Shown piece by piece: positions 39,201 through 51,200 of a stretch of 64,000 nt of DNA. Each line of letters begins with the position of its first letter. The stretch's first letter is position 1. The stretch spans positions 55,552,001-55,616,000 of the forward strand of contig JAGIQG010000009.1 in assembly GCA_024679065.1 (NCBI GenBank), read 5' to 3'. This stretch comes from Sphyrna mokarran. Taxonomy: Eukaryota. A program made the translations under genes and the position numbers. The notes below the pieces were generated by a model. That model searched no databases. It had not been told where the DNA came from and worked only from the letters and a program-made list of their open reading frames with translations.

Positions 39201-42200
39201 TAGGGTTTGGTGTGCCAGTAGCCTCACATGGAAGAATAATGGGATTATTCAAAATCACATCCAGATTGCCAGGCTGAGTTTGAATGACAGGAGGTTCTGG
39301 GTGGTAAATAGAATCACAATTAAAAACACCACAAAATTAGTAATTTAATTTTTTTAAACTGCAAAGCCTCAATATAAGGCACCATCTTATTCTAATGTTC
39401 ACAGTTATCCTATGATCTGTTCTGATCGAAAAATCATTGTGTTACATAGTACATGATCCATAAATGCAGGTGCAACCTTTGGAAATTGTTGCCATATTAA
39501 ACACAAAGATGCTTCAAAGTAAAATATGGAGTTGTCCAAAGCCGTTTTCCAAAACTGAAATTTGAAAGTTTAGCTAAACGTGAGTATGGCTATGATTCAA
39601 GCACGCTGGGATAAAAATCTTCGGCTCTTCTGACACAATTCTGATGTGAATCTAGAGGAAGGGGTACCAATGAGGACAACAAAGTAACAAGGTTGCATCC
39701 TGGGAGGAAGTGCTGGTGGGTGCAGGTTAGTAGTGTATCTGAGCTTGCCTTGGTACGCCTGCTCTCCCAGATCCAACACCAATCTGCTGCAACTTGTGGC
39801 TTCTCTCTTCCAGTAAGGTGTGTCCCCTATGAATTATGAATCTGCTCAATTTATACAAAATAGATAATAATTCTTGACCCCAAATACTTTGGTGAGATCA
39901 CTGCTGTTACTCATTGGTTGGCAGTTCCTGGAATTTACACTAGAATCAAAGGTCTATGGGTTTTCAGAGCTTATATGGTTTGTTCCAGTTAAAACAATGA
40001 GTTTAAACAGCCCACATACAGCTACTAAGAGACATTTCCCATATCTATGTGTTCATTATTTGTGGAATAATAAGAATTCTACTTGACACAGGGTCTACAA
40101 GAACAATTTAGAAGGGGAAAATGGAATTTGCATAGAAAAGCCAGTATAATTCTCAAAACCTTCAAGTGAAGTTTTGATTTTTGTTTTCAGAAACAAAGAA
40201 AGAGGCCAAAGTCTATTTCCAAGACACAAAAGTATAAGAGACAACAATTAAATTATGAAATAGGATTCATATGATGCCAAAACAAAGAAAGGATCAAGAT
40301 TTTGAGAGATAAGTTTCGAGATTATGGAAAAATTCTTGATTTTAAGCATTAAGATATAGGAAGCTGAACGTGTTTGTGAATGCTGAAAAGGAGGTAGAAA
40401 GGAAGTTTAGAGGAGCAGCAACTTCAAATAAAGGCAGCATTGTTTAAATAAAGACAAGTTGAGGTTGGGAAATGAGAGAAGATTAACTATCAAATGGTAC
40501 GATGTGGAGATGCTGGTGTTGGACTAGGGTGAGCACAGTAAGAAGTCTTACAACACCAGCTTAAAGCCCGACAGGTTTACTTGGAATCACAAGCTTTCAG
40601 AGTGCTGCACTTTCATCACTCACCTGAAGAAAGAGCAGCACTCCGAAAGCTCTGATTCCAAATAAACCTGTTGAACTTTATCCTGGTGTTGTGAAGCTTT
40701 TACTGGAACATGAACATGTTTGGACAGTTACCGTGGGTTTGGGGAAATAAACATTCAAGTTTCAGTTAAACAATGGCTAATCTCGAGAATTAAACATTGT
40801 TGAGCATAAGAAAACATGTACTTGGCATAAAACAGAAAACTGGGCCTCTTGCAGTCAGCTCAATGCGAGTTCTAATTGAAGCCAAAGATGAGTAGATGAT
40901 TATTTTTCATTACAACTTGCCAGACTTGACTAAGCTTTATTTTTAAAGTGAGAAACAAAATCTTAATTTCCTCACTGGGGAAGATGCAAATCACCTCATA
41001 ACAAAAGGTTTGGATGTTCTGTGCATTGAAGATATGCAATCTACAAAAAAAAAATCGATCAATGTAAAGTGAAATGATCAGGAATTGACCAGGTATGGTT
41101 GGGAAATGACTGTAATTAGGTAAACAATATGAAGAAAATGATAAAGATGGTAAGACTAGGGAAGTCCTTTATCCCAGAGAAAATGTGTCAGAGATTCAAC
41201 TGTCAGTTGAACAATAAGCTGATATGAATGGAAACAACTGTGCAATTTACAAAGCCTGGATGAGAAACTACATGTTACAGAATATAAAATGTTAATAGCT
41301 ATTATGCTAATGGCTGATATGCAATACTAGTGATGTCAGATCACATGTCTCAAATTCAGTGATGCCTTTGGAAGGAGCCTGGTGCCTTTCTGTCCCTGTA
41401 CATAATTGTATATAGTTAATAAATGTTTGGAGATTCCAGGATGCGTAATTTTCAGTAATCTTTGTTAGCATATCTTGAGGCTGTTATTTTGATGATGCTC
41501 ATAATGGCATCAGTACACTAACCAAATTGCAAGAATACTTAATGAAACTGCAAATGGTGCAAAAGTGAAAGCCGTTGAGAATACAGCAGTAAGGGAACAA
41601 CTGCAGCTTGGAATCAGAAGGAAAAGCATCAAATTATCCCAACAGTTAATTAAAGTCATGGACTTCTCTGACCATGTGGAAGGCACCAGCCAAATCACAC
41701 AATCGAAAAACTGGCATCCCAGATTTAACAGGTAAATGACTGCTTCAGGGTCAGCTCAGAAGCCTGATAAAGACCAAATTAGTACATTCATCTATTCCAC
41801 TGAAATCAGTGTAGATGACATTCTATTAACACAGTGTGTTAATCAGAAAACACAAACCTGCAAGGACGTTGTTAAGGCCTTCATTTCATATTACAGTCTT
41901 CAGAAACATTATAAAATTAAGTGAGGTTTTACAGTCTCTCTCAAGTGTCCAAAGAAAATATTGATTCTTTCTTTAATGGCCTGTGTCTTTTGGCCGATAG
42001 TTGTGAGCAAGGAGGAATTCATCCAAAACAATAGAGCGATAGGTGTTCTTGATAAAAGCTTATGCGACTTCTTGCAGTTTTTGTCCAAAGAAGAATAATC
42101 CAAAGCAGTTCAATTAGTGAGACAGGCTAAGCCTCAGAAGCAGAATGGAATTCTAATCTGGGGTGAAGAAGAACCTTCCTGACATCAGACCTCTGATGAA

Positions 42201-45200
42201 AGCCAGTCTGTGAGCATTAGGGGTACCAGCACATCAACTAAAAGCAGACCTAGAATGAAGAGAGGGCACTACTTTCCAGTGCTCCTGTTGGGCTGTAAAG
42301 AATGTGTTTCTTGGGTGAGGTTGTGGAATCCAAGGAGACATTTTGGAGTGCAGATATCAGAGTCAATGGCCATGGAACCAATTTTATGTCGGACATGGAG
42401 CAGCAACATCCATTCTCTCTGGTACGGTACTGGAGCTGAAGCCTGAATTTCCTCAACCATCTATAACTTAACTTCATCGTCCAGGAGGAATCCATTTCAA
42501 GGTACGAGAGTAGATGACTGCCTCACTTTGAGGTAATGGAAGATAATTATAAATAATGTAGAAAGTGTCAAAAGTTAAGAGAGTTCTGCATAAGCCAGAA
42601 ATGTTTGTATAGCTTTTCAGCTTCTTTATTGAACAGTGGCAGGGCAAACCCATGTCAGCCTGGAATGGTTTGAACTAGGCACCACACAGAAAGCTCTACC
42701 CATGCAACCACAGAAGGACATTCTGGATCTTTCATTACTGTTTGAAGACAGATTGAATGAAGAAAAGACAAAACCACTATTGGCAGCAGTGATCAGCCAG
42801 AGGCAGAGACTCTGGACATTATATTACCAAGAAAGAGTGGATGATAATCACTAATGAGTATGACTAGACATTACTGACTGCTAATCCCTTTGACTATTTT
42901 GGTAAAAACCACCAATAACATAACACACTCTTACTTTCAAGAAGGAAAACCAGGAACAGAGCTCTGACAAATGACCAGTGAAACAAATGTAGAACATAAA
43001 GCTGCCTCCTCAAACTCTGAGGTCAAGGAGAAGAGGAAGTGACTGAAGCTGCTGATGTATTAGCTACTGATCTCACACACAATTCAGAGGTACAAGAAAG
43101 TGTAATTTCTCTGAATCTGATAGAGGTAGCAGTACAAAAACCTGACCCATTAAGACACAATATAATCTGGAACCCAAGGTGACATTCTGATCTATTCCAA
43201 ATGTTGCCTTGACTGCTGAAGCTCTCAAAATAATAATAGCTAGTGAACAATAAACTCAAACGACATGAAAGCAAAGGGTGCACAGGCCAAGTAACTGCAA
43301 GCAGAAAGACAAACCCAATACAATAATTTCAACTCTTTTATTTCTCCATCAGATTTACTTTCAAAATTAAACGTTGGGAGTGTACAACAGTTCATTCAGG
43401 GTACAGGAATCATTGAATGTACTTAAGTAATAGATCATTTAGTCAGGAAATGAAATTGTTGGGTCAGAAGATTGCAGACTCCTACATGTACAAATTTTAA
43501 TGGAAGCTGACTAAAAAAAGAGCAACTTGCAGCATGATCTCAAAAGGAAATATAAAGTCGAAGAAGAAAAAGAAAATGTTTGTTCACCATCTTTATGCTA
43601 CATACCAGAAACAGGAATCTCTGTCTTCTGATTCAGTTATGTTCCAAAAAGAATGTTGGGAACATACATCTTGTATGTCTTTTTAAGAGAGCCAAGAACA
43701 TAGTTGGAGACTGATGTCACTGTGCAAGAGACTATGAGGAGGGTGGTGGTGGTGGCGGCGGAGGCGTAAAGAGACAGAGAGAAAGAGAGCATGGAGTGGA
43801 AAGTAAGATGTGTATAAATTGTAGCATGAAAAGAATTAAAGTCATGGGAGGGAAATATAGTGGATGTAGTAGAAAGGATCAATAGCTATCCTACATCATT
43901 GGTGATATCAGATTACATGTCTCTAGAACTCAGAATCATGCCTCTGGAAAGAGTTTCATGCTTATTTGGCCTTGTACATAGTTGCATATAATTAATAAGC
44001 ATTTGGAAGTTTCTGGATGCCATATTTTCAATGGTCTCTGTTAACACATCCTGTGACCGTCTCTGATGATGCTTTATGCCAGATCCACCCAAAAGTATTC
44101 AAAGTAAGCTAACTGAGTAAGCAGAGTTCTCGAGGTGTGCTTGGAGATCATCAAGGAAATAGTTAATGCTCAACAGCATAATGGCAATTGTGCATCTGGG
44201 TAGAACGTTCAAGAGGGATAGATGGATAATTCTCTCTGTTAATGAGCTGACTGACATCAAAATATTCATATCAGCGGAGAAAACGTTTTCTGTTTCTAAT
44301 TGCAGTATGCTACATGTCACTGACTTGGTGTTCCTTGAACCACTCACATTCTGTACTGTTATTTAAACAATTAAATGATTTGGCATGATTGTGGTACTTT
44401 GCAAGGAAAAACAATGAGCAAACTTTATTTATCTCTTGCACCAAATTACAAATTATTCCCAATAACTTGAAATAAATATAAAATTACTGAATGCCTACCT
44501 TGTACTCTGAGGTTGACTTGCCTGTGTGCAGTGCCAGCAGCATTCTTTGCAATACATGTGTACCTTCCTGTATGACTGAGCTTGGCAGTACTGATATCGA
44601 TAGTTCCTGAATTAATGAGAAGTTGGAGCAAAATGGTGAATTGACAACACTCCTATAACTAGTTTCTGTATTTATCATGTAACAAGTAAACCATATAGAC
44701 ATTCCTGTTATAGCACACAGAGTACTAAAAAAACTAACATAATAACTAAAACACATTTAAATTTCCTGCAAATAGTTGGAAAGTAAAAAAATATCTTCCA
44801 GTAGGCTGTTTGATTTTTTTCTTGTAATTGTATCTATTCATGAACTATTAGGTCTGCAATGAAAATTTCATCCACTTGCATGTCATACTATGTCCTCAAC
44901 TTACTGATTAGCAAGACTAAACAATGCTAATAGTGTTACATTGGTACAGTCACTGTTAGATAGGATCTGTGTAGAAAGATCATCATACATAAACTTGAAT
45001 TGTGTAGTGACTTAGTATGCAGATTAAATTAAAGGCCCCACATTTTAAGATATAGAAATGTGTTGAAGCAAGTACACAGAACACTGGAAATCTGAAACAG
45101 AGAAGTACAAACTGTTCAGCATCTGAAAGAAAGAAGATAGGTTAATATTTTTGGCCTGACCCATTTATCAGTTCTGATAAATATTAAGACATATTTCTCT

Positions 45201-48200
45201 TTAGATACTGCTAGACTTGCTGTGCATCTCCAGAAATTCCTTCTCTTCTGGGAACGTATTTTACCAAATGCTACTACCTGTGGAGAGTATACGGTAGCCT
45301 TCCCCTCGAGGTGGCAGCCTGACTCCATTCTTGATCCAATGAATTGTTGGTTTTGGGACACCAGAGGCAGTGCATGTAATAACAGCTGACGACAATTTTG
45401 TTACCAATAGGTCAGTAGCTTCATCAGCAATTGAAGGGGGAACTAAATGGGGAAAAAATTGAAATGGAATAAACAGGTCAGAGTCAGGACTCCGTATAAT
45501 CAATTTATTCATAAAGTTATAGAAATGCACAGAATAGGATGCTGCCATTTGAGCTATTGGATAGGTACAGCCAAGGAAAAGGTATCTAGCCTTTTTACTT
45601 TCCAGTTCTTGGTCCATACCCTTGTAGCTACAATATTATGATGCATATCCATGTACTTCTTAAACACAATGAATGTTTCTGTCTCTACCACCCTCCTGCA
45701 CAGTGAGTTTCACAGTGAGTTTGTGAGGTTATGCACTTTAGGAGGAGGAATGGAGACATAGACTATTTTCTAAATGGAAAATGCTCAGGAAATCAGAAAT
45801 ACAAAGGGACTTGGGAGTCCTTGTTTAAGATTCTGTTAAGGTTAATGTGCAGGTTCAGTCGGCAGTTAGGAAGGCAAATGCAACGTTAGCATTCATGTCA
45901 AGAGGGCTAGAATACAAGTGGAGGGATGTACTTCTCAGGCTGTTATATAGCTCTGGTCAGACCCCATTGGGAGTATTGTGAGCAGTCCTTGGCCCCTTAT
46001 TTAAGGAAGGATGCGCTGGCCTTGGGAAAGAGTCCAGAGGAGATTCACAAGAATGATCCCTGGAATGAAGAGCTTGTCGTATGAAGAATGGTTGAGGATT
46101 CTAGGTCTGTACTTGTGGAATTTAGAAGTTGGGGTGGGGGGGTCCCTGGCGCTGCGAGGCAGCGGTGCCACCTCACATTTCACAGAATGGAATCCACTGA
46201 TTTCATTTAATAACTTGTCCACAGATTATTTTTGCACTCATTAAAGTAATGATCTGAGATATTTTATCAAAACTTCCTCTGCGCACTAAATTATTGTGTG
46301 GCTATTGTAATATAGTTATTAATCCCTTCTAAAATAGATGGGTTAAGACAGAGCTGTGTTAAAATGTCGCACAAAATAACAAAGCAAACAGCTCCCTGCA
46401 GGTATAGTATCGCTAGTCAGGTGTAGAAGATAGAATTAAATTCTAATTTTTACATACTTGTAAGCTTTTATTTACAGAGACACATGACAAACATGCATCT
46501 CCAAACCCAACAATCACAATTAGCCTTCTCCTATATGTAAGCACAATTTCTAGTTAATGCCCAAGAACAATTATACACTGAATTAATATACAATTAACAT
46601 TTGCCAGAGAAAACTGAACTATTGTGCCTTACAACATGAAGAATCCAGCCCATCATAATCTATCAGTACCTACCTTGTACAGTAAGTCTAATAGCTCTTT
46701 GATCTTCCCCAGCATAATTAGACACTTTACACTCATAGTATCCAGTGTCTTCTACAGTGGGTGAGATGATTACAAGAGAACCAGAGGAAAGCAGTCTGCA
46801 GAGAAAAACAAATCAGAAAATTAGCTCATTGTTTTAGTTCTCCTTACTGGATTCTTGTTTCAAATGATCAAAATGAAGTCCTAAGCTTTTTAAATTATTT
46901 TTCCCTTCACACAGGCCACTTAATACATTTAATTCTTAGAAAACTACATAAAGGTTGTTTATCTAGGGCAGTGTTAGTTACCCTTTTGCTCTGGCTAACA
47001 ACCTTATTCAAGGCCCACTCACTAACACAATACTTCCTTAATAACTGGCCATGACATGGTTAGCTCTTTTACTTGCAAAATGGCAAGGATGTCCTAGCTA
47101 CAGCCCATTAGCCATATGTTGTTCACAACCCTGGTAATCCACATTCCACAGGCAGTCAAAGAGTGAATGGTGACTGAGAGGAATAAAGATGTTTCCTCTT
47201 GTGGAAGAACTAGAGCTAGAGGTCACAGTGTAAAAATAAGACATTCTCAGATGAAGATGAGGATTTTTTTCTCTCTTGGAGGGCCAGGGGGAGGCAATGG
47301 CCTAGTGGTATGATCACAAGACTATTAATCCAGAAACTCAGCTAATTCTCAGTTCTGGGGACCCGGGTTTAAATCCGATATTCCACCATTCTCAGAGGGT
47401 GGAATTACAATTCAATAAAAAATACCTCGGATTAAGAATCTACTGATGACCATGAAACCATTGTTGATCATTGGAAAAAGCAATCTGATTCATTAATGTC
47501 CTTGAAGGAGGGAAATCTGCTGTCCTTACCTGATCTGGACTACAAGTGACTTCAAAGCCACAGTAATGTGGTTACCAACTGCCCTGGGACAATTAGAGAT
47601 GGGTAATAAATACTGGCCAGAGACGCCCATGTCCCAAGAATAAATTAAAAAAAAAATCTTTGGAACTCTCTTCCTGGACAGCAATGGAGGCACCATTTTT
47701 AAATGCTGGGAGTGTCATATGGACTGTGGGAAGTAATCCATGCAGATACATGGAGACTCCGTACAGGCAGTCACCCAAACCAGGAATGGAATCTGGGTTG
47801 CTAGTGTCGAGTGGCAGTAACGCTAACCACTGTACCATCGTGCCGCCCCAAGAGCGCCGGAGGCAGGGTCAATAAATATTTCTAAGTCAGAGTAAATAGA
47901 TTCTTGCCAAACAAGGCAATCAAACGTTAATAGGGTTAGGTGGAATGTGAAGTTGAGGCCACAGTTAGAACAGCCATGATCAGCTAGGACAAGCTCTAGG
48001 GCCAAATGGCCTACTCCTGCTCCTAATTCATATGTTTTTACATGGATCACCAGTCTGCTGAGGGCAGCAAATGAATGGGAAAGGGGTCATTTTATGAATA
48101 TAATCATATCAGACTTCTCCATTAATGGATTAATGGTGCCCAGCAATTAGCTGCAAGAAAATGTAATCAACTCATTGATTAGATGGTGTCGGTTTTCCCA

Positions 48201-51200
48201 CCTAATGAGCAGTCTGACAAAAACTGAAAGAGAAAGGTACTAGTGCGCAGGGGAGTTAGTATGATAGCTAAATCTATCCAATATTTTATAAGAAATCAAT
48301 GTTTTTTGTTCACTTTTGACATTCACAAAAACTTTGGAAAATGTAATTTTGTTGCATTTTATCTAACCGCAATTTAAAATCCCAATAAATAGTTTAAAAT
48401 AGTCAACACTGCATAGAGGTAAATATGGGTAAGATTCATTTTAAATTCACTTCGGTATCTAAAAGAAAATGCTCAGGAGACTTTCTCCGTGATAAGACCT
48501 GAATCTCACTTTTTAATGACATTGTCTCTGCTCCAAAAGGCATAGAGTTAAGGGTTCACAGGCACCTTTGCATAGCCTGTCTACATTCATGTGAACGTGG
48601 CCAGTGAGTGATTTGACTAATTCATCAGTTAAAGGAGGATGGGGAAAGTGGTGTAACAGCCAAGGGTTGAATCTGAATAATGCCTTTGTGTTGTTCACTT
48701 CATTAAACACAGGACCAGAACCGATATGTGGGATATCAGAAGTTATTTTGCAATAATTCACTGAGTTTATAGTGGAACCCCATTGTAACATTCATGTTAC
48801 TGCTAGGATACCAAAATGATTAGATTTTTAAAAAATAATTTTACCAACTGAGATAAAGAAATAGTGTGCAAAAACAGCCTCAGATGCAAGAATCTTTATA
48901 CTTGGGTGGTCTTGGCTGGATACAAATCAAGAACTTTACCAGTGTAGTATGCTGCTACATTAACTGACTTTAGATGGTTAGATTGTACATGTGCGTACCT
49001 CATTTTGGACTTTTGTCAACTCATGAATAATTTCTCTAGACATAGTAAACAGAGCATAAGGGACATTAAAGGGTAAATATGTTCTTTACTACCTCATATT
49101 GAATAAACAAGACACCCTAGTCGTGTGGATTATTCACCTGATTGGTTTGGAGACCCTTAAGACCAAATGATATGTTTAACTGCTAATTTGACCAAAGAAC
49201 AGTAATCCTGTAGTATAAGTGCAATGACCAATCTGAACTGTTGAGGTTAACTAGAGCACACAATAGAGTCAGTTTGGTTTAGTTCACAGCAATTTTGCTT
49301 CTGGTGAATCCATCAAGAGGTTGGCGACTGCCTGCGATGTGCTATGCTGATTTTTTTTTTTAGATACTTCATAACAAATCACTAAAGTTTGACATCAGTA
49401 TATTGAAACTGTTTGATAATGCAATAGCCCATGAGATTGAGTATTACAGGGACAAATACGTTCAAATATTTTGCTGGATGATGTCAGGAATCATTATATT
49501 TTCCAATAACAAGATATAATCACCTGTACATATTCTGATTTTGATCAGTGCTGAGTAGACGCCCGTTCTTACTCCAGCTGACTATAGGCTTTGGGATGCC
49601 AGTAGCTTCACATGCTAAAGTGGTCTGCACATTGACAAGAACTGTGATATTGTCGAGGTCAGCAGCAATAGATGAAGGAACTAGGAGAAATCAGAGAAAA
49701 CTTTGTTGTGCATTGGACAAATTGATTTCAGAAGTATTAAAAAGTAGAAGGAAACAACAGAGACAGATAACTCAGTTGTAGTTTGAGTTTCTGCAAAAAT
49801 ATGTAACAATAAATATTTGGGGAAATAGCATTTTTTCCTGATAATGAGAACGTATACTATGGAGGAAATATTCCCATCCCGCTGGCCACAGGAATCATTG
49901 TGGGCAGGAGAGGTGGTGACCACACAAAAGTCTGTTGACATTGGGCATGATTTTCCAGTTTTGGGATGAATGCAACTAGGAAATCCTGCCCTACATGTAT
50001 CATAGTATAAAGTCAGATATGAATTTTATTTCCTTATTCATCTGTAGATTGACATTTTATCAATTTTTTTATTTATGAATTGCTTGAACATTTACCTTGT
50101 TTATATTAAAGTAGATTTCTATACAGCTTTAATATAATTTGACCAAAGAACAGTAATCCTGTAGTATAAGTGCAATGACCAATCTGAACTGTTGAGGTTA
50201 ACTAGAGCACACAATAGAGTCAGTTTGGTTTAGTTCACAGCAATTTTGTTATTCGACAAAATTATTCACAGTTATTCAACAAAGGATGATATAAACAAAA
50301 TGGAGCATGGTTCTAAAACAGATAGAAGACACATAACACACAAAAATATGAAAAAAGGATTGCATCATTTGCAGTGCTTGCAAAACCCCCAACATTTAAG
50401 CTAGTATATTTCTTCTAAAGGACTAATCTTTTATATGTTTTAGTAGTTATTGTTAGTTTGAAAATGACAAGAATAGCATAAAACATTTAACGTTTGCCAC
50501 ACATTGCTAGGTCAAAAATCAGCTAAAGTCAAGATAGGAAATGTGTTGGAAGATTCCAGCTTGAGTTCCAAAATTTGCTTTGGTAACGATGAAAATTAAT
50601 TGAAAACCTTGACTGATGTCTCCACGTCAGATAAAATGGAGACAAATGGTATTCTGTTTGAAAATCAGAACCTCCTTTGTTCAAAAATGTTCAAATCACT
50701 CAGTAAGAAAGCAATTTAGTGTTGACCTCTTTAAAAAAAGATTCCTGGATGTATCAGTAATGGTAATTTATCTATAGGCTGTTGCTCTGCTCATTTCAAT
50801 GCAACCTGTAGTCTTGGGCTTTCCTCTTAGTTGCTTGTAGGAGCCTCCTAATTTCACTCTTCCAACAGCCATAAACAATATGACTAGGAAAACTGGTACA
50901 CGAGGTGTTTCCTAATGTCTTCCTCATGTGTGCTCAAGGGAAACACAGGTCCTCTTCTAAAATAATTCGATGCCTGAAAGTGGCATCGTCCCTCGAGATT
51001 CAAATTCTTCCACTATCACTACAGAAAATTAGCTGGTTCTGCCATTGGCCATAGTATACTATCCTGAGCAGGGCATTCTTACCTGGGTCTTTTTCTGCTA
51101 AAGAGAAGGCACGGCCATTCCTTGAAGTTTCAAATGACCCTGCTACCAAGTTGTGTCAGTAATTTGTGACTATCACATGAACAGTATTTACCGTAGACTT

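Larger units (their letters stand above)
47165..48040 (+). mobile_element. Old CR1 3' end interrupted by two SINE insertions
   Basis: CR1 pieces at 47165-47285, 47657-47692 and 47851-48040 (tail cctactcctgctcctaattcatatgtt). Confidence 0.7.
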
